Positions 8,541 through 17,199 of a stretch of 64,000 bases of DNA are shown here, one piece after another. Where the stretch lies: the NCBI GenBank assembly GCA_018830005.1, contig JAHJTE010000002.1, positions 203,809 through 267,808 on the forward strand, read 5' to 3'. Position numbers and translations under genes: made by a program. The stretch's first letter is position 1. Every line of letters starts with the position of its first letter. The DNA comes from Candidatus Omnitrophota bacterium (GTDB lineage: Bacteria > Omnitrophota > Gorgyraeia > JAHJTE01). The notes below the pieces were generated by a model, which was not told where the DNA came from, did no database searches, and saw only the letters and a list, made by a program, of their open reading frames with translations.

Positions 8541-10730
8541 TTAAGAGTGAAATCTTTTTCGTGAAGCCCTTTTGCTCAAAATGAGCACTAAAGGAGAGGC
8601 AATAAATATTGTAGAATAGGTCCCGGATACGAAACCTACTAACAGGCAAAATGCAAAATTATTCAAAACTTCCCCGCCAAATAAAAAGAGCGAGACAACT
8701 ACAATAAGCGTTAATACTGTTGTAAGAATAGTACGCGAAAGGGTTTGATTCACGCTTAGGTTTATGATTTCTTTCAAGGTAATCTTACGAGATGTCCTGG
8801 ATACCTCGCGTATCCTGTCAAAAATAACAATAGTATCATTAATCGAATAACCTGCTATAGTCAAGAACGCAGTAACGATTAATAGATCAATAGAACGACC
8901 TGACATCACTGTCAAACCAAGGGCAATGAGAATATCATGCAAGAGAGCAATTATACCCGCAAAGGCAAAATCAAAGTGTCTAAATCTAAATCCTATATAC
9001 AATAGGATCCCTGCCAAAGAGAATATGATCGCCTTGATTGCCTTTGATTTTAAAAGACCTCCTGCAAGCGGCCCGACCTTTTCTACTTTTACAATCTCGA
9101 ATTGATTATCAGGAAAACTCTCTTTGAATTTTTCCGAAACTATCTCTAAGGATTCTTCTTTTGTGCGTACAGCAATCTGTTTTGGATTGCTTTTAAATTG
9201 CTGCAATATCGCATGGCCTAAATTTATTTCCTTTAAGCTTGAGCGTATGTTATCAATTGAAGGCACTTCCTTGAATCTATACTCCTGCAATTGACCGCCA
9301 GCAAAATCAATACCAAATGCCTCATTACCTTTCATCAGGAAAGAACCCAAACCAATCACTATAACTAATAAAGAAGATATAAAGAAAACTAAATGAATCT
9401 TTAGGAAATCTACATTTGTCTTTCGAAAGAGTTGAAGCATGGGTAAATTTTTAAGAATTCTAAATTTAAGCAATAATTCAAATATGGTTCTGGTTACTAT
9501 CACAGCTGTAAACAAGCTGGCCAAAAGACCAATGCTCAAGGTTATGGCAAATCCACGTATGGGACCTGTTCCAAACAGAACAAGCAAGGTGGCGGCAATG
9601 ATAGTAGTCACATTGGAATCTATTATTGCACCAAGCGCCTTCCTGTAACCATTTGCGATTGCCCCGGGCAGGCTTCTGCCTAATGCCAACTCCTCTTTGA
9701 TGCGTTCATTAATAAGTACATTTGCATCAACCGCCATACCCAGAGTCAAAACTATACCTGCAATACCAGGCAATGTAAGCGTAAAGCCAAACATACTTAA
9801 TCCCGCAAAAATTATAAGCAGATTAAGCAAAAGCGCTAAATTTGCAATAAGACCAGCAACCATGTAATAAACAAGCATGAACAAAAAGACAAAAACAGCT
9901 CCCATGATGGTTGCATTTATGCCTGCCTTAATTGAATCCTGTCCAAGAAGCGGACCTATTGTTCTTTCCTCTTCTATATATAAAGGTGCGGGTAAGGCTC
10001 CAACCCGCAGCACTATTGCCAAATCCTTCGCTTCGCTCTGGGTGAATCTTCCAGTAATTACAGCTTCGCCTGATGGAATTGCCTCATTGATTCTAGGAGC
10101 GGATTTAATTTTCCCATCTAAAATTATTGCTAGACGCCTACCAATATTCTTTTTCGTGATCTCAGCGAATTCTTTTGCACCTTTGGAATTGAATTGCAAA
10201 GAAACCATAGGTTCATTAAAACTCGTCTGATCAAAACGTACAGTGGCATCTACTAAACTCTCTCCAGTTAAAGATGCCTTTTTTTCGACCAAAATCGGTT
10301 CTTCATCAAGATACTTAAACTCAAAGCCATCCGGCACCTCTGAAGCAAGCGCCTTCTTTAGAAGATTAGGGTCATTATTTACTAATTTAAATTCCAATAA
10401 GGCAGTTTGACCAATCAAGTCTATTGCCCGACCCCGCTCTGTAATCCCAGGCAACTGAATAATGATTCCATTTTTACCTTGACGCTGAATTGTGGGCTCC
10501 TTAACACCAAATTCATCAATACGGTTGCGGATAACTTCAAGCGCCCTGTCTACAGCATCCTTCTTAGACTCTTGGCTCAACTTGCTATCATCGACACGCA
10601 TGACAAGATGCATTCCGCCTTTGAGATCAAGGCCTAAATTAATCTTTTTCTCAAGTGGAAACGCCATAGCACTTGCCAGAACAACAACAATAATGATTAT
10701 AATTACTCTTAAATTTAGATTTTTATACAT
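8541..10730 (-). CDS. secDF: Fused protein translocase subunit SecDF
   Basis: SecD motifs LGLDLKGG, RIDEFGVKEP and GMAVDANVLINERI, then SecF motifs GIDFAGG and GYSINDTIVIFDRIRE. Confidence 0.96.
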   Translation of the reverse strand: MYKNLNLRVIIIIIVVVLASAMAFPLEKKINLGLDLKGGMHLVMRVDDSKLSQESKKDAVDRALEVIRNRIDEFGVKEPTIQRQGKNGIIIQLPGITERGRAIDLIGQTALLEFKLVNNDPNLLKKALASEVPDGFEFKYLDEEPILVEKKASLTGESLVDATVRFDQTSFNEPMVSLQFNSKGAKEFAEITKKNIGRRLAIILDGKIKSAPRINEAIPSGEAVITGRFTQSEAKDLAIVLRVGALPAPLYIEEERTIGPLLGQDSIKAGINATIMGAVFVFLFMLVYYMVAGLIANLALLLNLLIIFAGLSMFGFTLTLPGIAGIVLTLGMAVDANVLINERIKEELALGRSLPGAIANGYRKALGAIIDSNVTTIIAATLLVLFGTGPIRGFAITLSIGLLASLFTAVIVTRTIFELLLKFRILKNLPMLQLFRKTNVDFLKIHLVFFISSLLVIVIGLGSFLMKGNEAFGIDFAGGQLQEYRFKEVPSIDNIRSSLKEINLGHAILQQFKSNPKQIAVRTKEESLEIVSEKFKESFPDNQFEIVKVEKVGPLAGGLLKSKAIKAIIFSLAGILLYIGFRFRHFDFAFAGIIALLHDILIALGLTVMSGRSIDLLIVTAFLTIAGYSINDTIVIFDRIREVSRTSRKITLKEIINLSVNQTLSRTILTTVLTLIVVVSLFLFGGEVLNNFAFCLLVGFVSGTYSTIFIASPLVLILSKRASRKRFHS

Positions 10731-10753
10731 AATAATCTCAATGCCTTCTTTAA

Positions 10754-11035
10754 TTAGTCTGCCATCTTCTTAACTGAAGAGACAGCAGTCTTATCAACTT
10801 CTACCCTCACATTCTCATCTATACGCAGGATAAAAGTCTTCTCCTTTACGTTAACAATCGTACCGTGAATACCACCCGCTGTCACGACCTCATCATTTTT
10901 TCTTAAACGGCTTAGCATTTCACGATGTTTTTTCTGCTGAGACTGCTGGGGACGAATAATCAATAAGTAAAAAACACCCATAATCAAAATAAAAGGAATG
11001 AAACTAATAAATGTTGGGGGTTGCTGAGTTGGCAT
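10754..11035 (-). CDS. yajC: Preprotein translocase subunit YajC
   Basis: FYLLIIRPQ and VVTAGGIHGTI; directly upstream of secDF. Confidence 0.95.
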   Translation of the reverse strand: MPTQQPPTFISFIPFILIMGVFYLLIIRPQQSQQKKHREMLSRLRKNDEVVTAGGIHGTIVNVKEKTFILRIDENVRVEVDKTAVSSVKKMAD

Positions 11036-11100
11036 AATAATTCTCCTTTAATAGTCTCCGCTGTTTGAAATAAAACAGTAGAGGGAATTAAACTAACCTG

Positions 11101-11355
11101 CTATTGCTTCTCTTTCTTCGCTTTCTTAATCAGCGAGGCTACAGTATCACTCGCTACAGCACCGCACTTTAACCAGTAATCTGCCCTTGCTATATCAAGT
11201 TTCAGCAATACTGGCTTCTTAGCTGGATTATAGTAGCCTATTTCCTCGATAAATCTTCCATCCCGCGCTTTTCGCTGATCAGCAACCACAATCCTAAAAT
11301 GATAATTCTTCTTCGAAGACTTGCCTGATTTCCTTAACCTAATCCTGACTGCCAT
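11101..11355 (-). CDS. rpsP: 30S ribosomal protein S16
   Basis: MAVRIRL...FRIVVAD.R..RDGRFIEEIGYYNP...SDTV. Confidence 0.96.
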   Translation of the reverse strand: MAVRIRLRKSGKSSKKNYHFRIVVADQRKARDGRFIEEIGYYNPAKKPVLLKLDIARADYWLKCGAVASDTVASLIKKAKKEKQ

Positions 11356-11364
11356 AGAATCCTC

Positions 11365-12852
11365 CTATCCTATTTTTAACGCTTCTAACATTGCCTTTGC
11401 CTTATTAACAGTTTCCTGATATTCCTTTTTTGGCTTAGAATCAGCAACAATACCAGCGCCTGCCTGAACATAAGCCTTATTGCCTTTAATCAGAATTGTG
11501 CGAATCGTAATACATGTGTCAAGATTTCCCGCAAAACTAAAATAACCAACGCATCCAGCATAAGGACCTCTGCTGAGACCCTCCAACTCCTCAATAATCT
11601 CCATTGCCCTGACCTTGGGTGCGCCGGTAACAGTACCTGCAGGAAAACATGCTATAAGTAATTGAAATATATCGCATGTCTTTTTTAAGATTCCCTGAAT
11701 ACTTGATACAATATGCATTACATGTGAATAATACTCAATCTTCATAAACTCAGCTAGGTTAATGCTCTTAAATTTACAAACCCTGCCCAGATCGTTTCTT
11801 CCTAAATCCACAAGCATTGTATGCTCTGCCCTTTCTTTAGCATCAGCCAGTAATTCCTTTTTCAATCGTTCATCCTCTGCATCGCTTACTCCTCTAGGAC
11901 GCGTCCCGGCAATTGGCCTTGTCTCTACCTTTCCTTGCTCATAACGAACCAGCATCTCGGGTGAAGAACCGACGAGAGAAAAATTCCCTAATTTTAAAAA
12001 AAACATATAAGGCGAAGGATTTATTGAACGGAGATTGCGATATAGTGAAAATGACTGTCCGCGAAAATCAACTGAGAACCTCTGGGATAAAACTACCTGA
12101 ATAATATCCCCTTTTCTTATATAATCCTTGGCCTTGGTTACAGCCTGCAGAAAATCTTTTTCTTTTAAATTGGAAGTGATCTTGAATTTATTTTTGCTTT
12201 TTTTCAAAGATTCTTTTCTACCCTTGACAACTCTATTTTTTAGCCTGCGATGATTCCCTTCAATAACAGCCAGAGAATTCCTATAAGCCCTTTTTAATGC
12301 AGCGGGAGATTTATCTTTAGCAATATAGGCACAAGATACAATCTTTATTGTCCTTTGGATATGGTCAAAAATCAAAAGATCCTTAGCGAGCATAAGAGTA
12401 GAATCGGGTAACCTTAAATCGTCTTTATTTATCTTGGGCAATCTTTCAAAAAAACGCACACAGTCATAACCAATATAGCCGACAAGACCGCCGCAGAATC
12501 TTGGTAGGCCCGCTAAATCTACGATCTTAAAAGAACTCATAATTTTTTTTATCTCTTCCAGAGGGTGGGTTAGCGTTGTAAAAGTGCGGGTTTTCTTTTT
12601 GGCTCTATCGATTATCTTTATTCTTTTGCCTTTTGACTGAAAAACCATAATAGGCTGAGCTGCCAAAAATGAGAATCTGCCGATTTTCTCCTGTTCTTCA
12701 ACTGATTCCAATAGAAACGAATAACTGCCATCTGCAATCTTAGAATAGGCGCTTACAGGTGTTTCTAGATCTGCTAGAATCTGTTTATACACCGGTATCA
12801 GATTTCCCTTTTTAGCTAACTTTAAGAATTCTTTTTCGCTTGGATAAATCAT
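11365..12852 (-). CDS. trpE: Anthranilate synthase component I
   Basis: Motifs DLETPVSAY, LLES and NPSPYM (Trp feedback site), GSSPE, PIAGT, EHTMLVDLGRND, GAPKVRAM. Confidence 0.9.
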   Translation of the reverse strand: MIYPSEKEFLKLAKKGNLIPVYKQILADLETPVSAYSKIADGSYSFLLESVEEQEKIGRFSFLAAQPIMVFQSKGKRIKIIDRAKKKTRTFTTLTHPLEEIKKIMSSFKIVDLAGLPRFCGGLVGYIGYDCVRFFERLPKINKDDLRLPDSTLMLAKDLLIFDHIQRTIKIVSCAYIAKDKSPAALKRAYRNSLAVIEGNHRRLKNRVVKGRKESLKKSKNKFKITSNLKEKDFLQAVTKAKDYIRKGDIIQVVLSQRFSVDFRGQSFSLYRNLRSINPSPYMFFLKLGNFSLVGSSPEMLVRYEQGKVETRPIAGTRPRGVSDAEDERLKKELLADAKERAEHTMLVDLGRNDLGRVCKFKSINLAEFMKIEYYSHVMHIVSSIQGILKKTCDIFQLLIACFPAGTVTGAPKVRAMEIIEELEGLSRGPYAGCVGYFSFAGNLDTCITIRTILIKGNKAYVQAGAGIVADSKPKKEYQETVNKAKAMLEALKIG

Positions 12853-12855
12853 AAT

Positions 12856-13224
12856 CTATTTGATCTTTCGATAAAAACAACTTCTGCTGCCTGTATGACA
12901 TGCGACCCCAATCTGCCTGACCTTTATTAACAGGGTATCTTTATCACAGTCATAAAAAATTTGTTTAACAACTTGAAAATTTCCAGAGGTCTCTCCCTTG
13001 GTCCAGAATTTCTTTCTTGAACGTGACCAAAAACATGTCTTGGCATCTTTTAATGTTTTTGAAAGTGAGTCCTTATTCATATAAGCAAGCATCAAGACTT
13101 CTTTAGTTTTATAATCCTGGATAATAGCCGGGATTAATTTGTTCTTATCAAACTTCAACTTGAGATTTCTTGCACACTTTTGTAATGACTTAAGATTTTT
13201 CGTTTTTCTTTTTTTTGTCTTCAT
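12856..13224 (-). CDS. hisI: Phosphoribosyl-AMP cyclohydrolase (no HisE domain)
   Basis: Motifs [25 protein letters not shown] and ACHTG..SCF. Confidence 0.95.
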   Translation of the reverse strand: MKTKKRKTKNLKSLQKCARNLKLKFDKNKLIPAIIQDYKTKEVLMLAYMNKDSLSKTLKDAKTCFWSRSRKKFWTKGETSGNFQVVKQIFYDCDKDTLLIKVRQIGVACHTGSRSCFYRKIK

Positions 13225-13976
13225 AATCTTACTGGAATGCCTCTTCTTTTTAAATATCTTTTTAAATTTGGAATACTTAGCTTTCGAAAATGAAATAGGC
13301 TTGCTGCCAAGGCTGCATCTGCTTTAGCCTTAATCAAGACATCAGCAAAGTCAGAAACCCTGCCAGCTCCGCCTGATGCAATGACTGGAATCGATAAGGC
13401 AGAAGTCATTTTTCTTGTCAGTTCTAAATCAAAACCTTCCTGAGTCCCGTCCGCATCCATACTCGTAAGCAATATCTCTCCTGCCCCTAACCTTTGAGCC
13501 TTCTTTGCCCAGGAAATTGCCTCTAACCTACGAGGCACTCTTCCGCCATGACTGTAAACCCTAAATATCTTTCCTTCACGCCTTGCGTCAATTGCAACTA
13601 CAATGCATTGTGCGCCAAAACGACGCGAAGATTTCTTAATAAGTTGCGGATTCTCAATTGCTGCTGTATTAATGCTTATCTTATCTGCGCCGGCATTTAA
13701 GATTTCACGCATATCATTGATGTCTCGTATGCCGCCGCCAACAGTAAAAGGCATAAATACAGCCTCAGCTGTCCTTGCTACTACATCAAGTAGAATGTTT
13801 CTCTTTTGAAAGCTTGCGGTTATATCTAAGAAAACGAGCTCATCTGCACCTTCTTTCTCATAAATCTTTGCAATCTCAACAGGATCACCTGCATCTCTAA
13901 GATTTAAAAACTTCACTCCTTTTACAACGCGGCCATCCTTAACATCAAGACAAGGGATTATTCGTTTGGTCAACAT
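13221..13976 (-). CDS. hisF: Imidazole glycerol phosphate synthase, cyclase subunit
   Basis: Motifs [25 protein letters not shown] and [12 protein letters not shown]. Confidence 0.97.
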   Translation of the reverse strand: MLTKRIIPCLDVKDGRVVKGVKFLNLRDAGDPVEIAKIYEKEGADELVFLDITASFQKRNILLDVVARTAEAVFMPFTVGGGIRDINDMREILNAGADKISINTAAIENPQLIKKSSRRFGAQCIVVAIDARREGKIFRVYSHGGRVPRRLEAISWAKKAQRLGAGEILLTSMDADGTQEGFDLELTRKMTSALSIPVIASGGAGRVSDFADVLIKAKADAALAASLFHFRKLSIPNLKRYLKRRGIPVRL

Positions 13977-13984
13977 ATCTCTAT

Positions 13985-14746
13985 CTAGCTTAGCGCTTGC
14001 CTAAAATCAAGTTTTCCTTCATAAAGGGCCTTGCCCACAATTGCTCCATAAAGAGAATTTAGTTCCTTAAGTCGCTTAATATCAGATAGAGTAGTAATAC
14101 CTCCGGATGCAATCAAGTTTAAATTTGAGAAATTCCGCGCACAGGCTAAAACTACTTCAATTGCCGCAAAATCCGGCCCTGTCATTGTGCCATCGCGCGC
14201 AATACTAGTAAAATTAATAAACCTGATTCCATAATCATAGAATTTTTGCAAGATATCACCTAAATTCACCTCTTGTGATTTTAACCACCCAAAATTGGAG
14301 ACATCCATAATTATTTCAGTAGTCCCATCCTTCTTCTCTCTGATGTTGATAAATTTTGCATCAATGCTTACGGCAATACGTTCACCTGCCATACCTTTAA
14401 AATTATCCAAAAATGAATAATCCGAGAATACCTTTGAGCCAAGCACTACACGCCTGGCCCCTGCATCTAAGAATTCATTAATTATAGCAACGTCCCTCAG
14501 GCCACCGCCTACCTCTACTTCAACAGAGGTCGCCTTTATTATTTTAACTAGCAGGTCTTTATTTATGGGTTTGCCTTCTAGGGCTCCGTTTAAATCCACG
14601 ATGTGTATAAGCTGCGCCCCTTGATCTTGCCAATGCAAAGCAGCCTCCAGAGGATCCTGGCCATATTGAGACTCTTTAGAAAAATCCCCCTGATACAGCC
14701 TTACGACCTTGCCATCTTTGATATCTACTGCTGGAATAATTAACAT
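13985..14746 (-). CDS. hisA: ProFAR isomerase
   Basis: Motifs [39 protein letters not shown] and ASGG. Confidence 0.94.
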   Translation of the reverse strand: MLIIPAVDIKDGKVVRLYQGDFSKESQYGQDPLEAALHWQDQGAQLIHIVDLNGALEGKPINKDLLVKIIKATSVEVEVGGGLRDVAIINEFLDAGARRVVLGSKVFSDYSFLDNFKGMAGERIAVSIDAKFINIREKKDGTTEIIMDVSNFGWLKSQEVNLGDILQKFYDYGIRFINFTSIARDGTMTGPDFAAIEVVLACARNFSNLNLIASGGITTLSDIKRLKELNSLYGAIVGKALYEGKLDFRQALS

Positions 14747-14755
14747 TGCTTAAAC

Positions 14756-15355
14756 CTACTTTAAAAAGTTACTTAAAATCTTAAGTCCTGTTTTTTGGCT
14801 CTTCTCAGGATGAAATTGAACGCCATAGATATTGCCCTTAGAAAGCACACTGCAGTAACTGCGGCCATAAAAAGTCCCGGCTGCAATTACGCGCTTGTCT
14901 TTTGGCTGACAATAAAAAGAGTGACAAAAATATACGAATGATTTATTCTTTATACCCTTAAATAGCTTACAGGTTCTGTCTCTTATCTCCAGCTGGTTCC
15001 AGCCGATTTGCGGCACCTTTAATCTATTTGAGAAACGCTTAACCTCACCTTCAACTATACCAAGACCTCTTACGCCGGGAGCCTCTTGACTCCTACTAAA
15101 CAATAGTTGCATTCCCAGGCAGACCCCTAAGAAAGGAGTACCACAAGCTATCTTTTCCTTTAACAAATCGAATAATTTTAACTTTTTTAACTCCCTTACA
15201 GCATCAGCAAATGCCCCTACCCCAGGCAGAATAATCTTACTTGCAGCCAGAATTTTTTTTCTCTCTGCAGTAATAATTACATCTTTTTTAGTCAAAAGAC
15301 AGGCCTTGAGCACAGAACGTAAGTTGCCCATCATATAATCAACGACTACAATCAT
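14756..15355 (-). CDS. hisH: Imidazole glycerol phosphate synthase, glutaminase subunit
   Basis: Motifs GNLRSV, LPGVGAF, GVCLGMQ and QFHPEKS. Confidence 0.96.
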   Translation of the reverse strand: MIVVVDYMMGNLRSVLKACLLTKKDVIITAERKKILAASKIILPGVGAFADAVRELKKLKLFDLLKEKIACGTPFLGVCLGMQLLFSRSQEAPGVRGLGIVEGEVKRFSNRLKVPQIGWNQLEIRDRTCKLFKGIKNKSFVYFCHSFYCQPKDKRVIAAGTFYGRSYCSVLSKGNIYGVQFHPEKSQKTGLKILSNFLK

Positions 15356-15954
15356 AGATCTATCACGCCTTTTGTAGAAGGAATGCCTTTTCTGCGTTCA
15401 TCAATGGTAGAAGCGCTATCTAGAGCAATAGCCAATGCCTTAAAAAGGGCCTCAAAATAGTGGTGAGAATCAGTTCCTTTACCAGCTGGATCATGAGGGA
15501 TTCTAATGTGGAGGGTAATCTTTGCGTTGTTTACAAACTTATCCAAAAAGTCAAAAAATGCACCTTTTTTTAGATCAAGGTTGTCTTCATTAATAGGTGC
15601 AGGATCGCTTACCAATTTTGGTCTTCCGCAAATATCCACAGAAACATCAACTAATATCTCTTCCATTGGCACAGAACCAGTTCCAAACCGTCTAATAGAA
15701 AACGTATCACCTACAGCCTGCCTAAAGGCATTGCCTAAGGCAATGCCAATATCTTCCACTATGTGATGACTCAAATCACCTTTTGCCTTTAAATCCAAAT
15801 CAAAAAAACCATGAAAAGCAAATTCGCTTAACATGTGATTTAAAGAGTCATAAGGGGTCTTGATATTCTGCTTGCCTTCACCATCTATAGTCAAGCTACC
15901 GCTTATGTCAACCTCATTAGTTTTTCTTTCAATTAAAGCTTGTCTTTTATTCAT
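15352..15954 (-). CDS. hisB: Imidazoleglycerol-phosphate dehydratase
   Basis: Motifs RKTNE, HHIVEDIGIALG, HHYFEALFKA and PSTKGV. Confidence 0.93.
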   Translation of the reverse strand: MNKRQALIERKTNEVDISGSLTIDGEGKQNIKTPYDSLNHMLSEFAFHGFFDLDLKAKGDLSHHIVEDIGIALGNAFRQAVGDTFSIRRFGTGSVPMEEILVDVSVDICGRPKLVSDPAPINEDNLDLKKGAFFDFLDKFVNNAKITLHIRIPHDPAGKGTDSHHYFEALFKALAIALDSASTIDERRKGIPSTKGVIDL

Positions 15955-15978
15955 ATTAAACCCCTTTGGTTTTTATAT

Positions 15979-17199
15979 TTATTTAAAACGTACCTTAACA
16001 GACTCAATATGTTTAAGGAGTCCTTCTGCAGAACCAATTTTCTCCAAAGGCTCCTTAACTTTCTCTAGCGCCTTTTTCGAATACCAGATTACATGTGTAG
16101 ACTTAAGAAAATCATAAAGCCCTAATCCTGAAAAAAAGCGTGCGCTTCCTCCTGTAGGCAAGACATGACTTGGTCCAGCAACATAATCTCCCACTGCAAC
16201 TGGGCTATAGGGCCCTAAAAATACAGCGCCTGCATTTTTTATCTTTTTAAGGAGACGCCTGGGATTATTAGTGAGAATCTCTAAGTGCTCCGGCGCAACC
16301 TTATTAGCTATCTCTACTGCCTGCTCGAGATTTTTAGTAATAATTATATATCCAGACTGAACTTCTGCCTTTAGCTGACGAGCCAGACGCTTGGAATTAG
16401 TAATCAAAATTGCCAATCCTTCCGCATGTTCTCCTTGAGCCAAAAGATCTGCTTTTACAAATTCAAAGTTTGAATACCGATTAGCAATAATCAATAATTC
16501 TGTCGGACCAGCAAGCATATCTATATCGCAAATTCCAAAGACTTGTTTTTTTGCTTCCGTAACATATCTATTTCCCGGACCAACAATCTTATCTACGCGA
16601 GGAATAGTCTTTGTCCCAAAGGTCAAGGCAGCAATCGCCTGAGCACCGCCGACCTTATATATTTCATTTACTTTCAGAAGATCTGCTACCACAAGTATGT
16701 GTGGATCAACAAAGCCTAAATTATTAGGTGGGGTGACCAGCGCGATACGCTTTACTCCCGCAAGTTTTGCCGGAAGCACTGACATATAAACACTCGAAAA
16801 AAGCGGCGCTGTACCAGCAGGTATATATATACCAACATTTTCTATAGGGCTGACCTGCTCGCCTAAAACAACACCATCGCTATTTCGTATCTTCCAGGAT
16901 TTTTTAATCTGTTTCTTGTAGAATCTATTAACGTTCTCAATGACTACCTTGAGGGTAGAAATAAAATCAGGACTGATATTCTGATAGGCACCGCTTATTT
17001 CTCTTTCTGAAACACGCAATTGCTTAACTGTAAGCTTAACCTTATCAAACTTGCGCGTATATCTAATAAGCGCCTCATCGCCAAATAGACGCACGTCATT
17101 TAGAATCTTACTGACACATTCACGTATACGTTTCCTGTCGATAAAATTGCGGTTATAAATTTTTTCCAAATCTTTGCTATTGGCTTTAAGAATTTTCAT
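15979..17199 (-). CDS. hisD: Histidinol dehydrogenase
   Basis: Motifs GGAQAIAAL, KIVGPGN, DMLAGPTE, APEHLE and GDYVAGPSHVLPT. The ATG overlaps the alaS stop (ATGA). Confidence 0.96.
   Translation of the reverse strand: MKILKANSKDLEKIYNRNFIDRKRIRECVSKILNDVRLFGDEALIRYTRKFDKVKLTVKQLRVSEREISGAYQNISPDFISTLKVVIENVNRFYKKQIKKSWKIRNSDGVVLGEQVSPIENVGIYIPAGTAPLFSSVYMSVLPAKLAGVKRIALVTPPNNLGFVDPHILVVADLLKVNEIYKVGGAQAIAALTFGTKTIPRVDKIVGPGNRYVTEAKKQVFGICDIDMLAGPTELLIIANRYSNFEFVKADLLAQGEHAEGLAILITNSKRLARQLKAEVQSGYIIITKNLEQAVEIANKVAPEHLEILTNNPRRLLKKIKNAGAVFLGPYSPVAVGDYVAGPSHVLPTGGSARFFSGLGLYDFLKSTHVIWYSKKALEKVKEPLEKIGSAEGLLKHIESVKVRFK

Noticed and set aside
13985-14746. HisA as a bifunctional HisA/TrpF because trpE is nearby
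   Set aside because: No diagnostic residues could be established by eye; proximity alone is insufficient.
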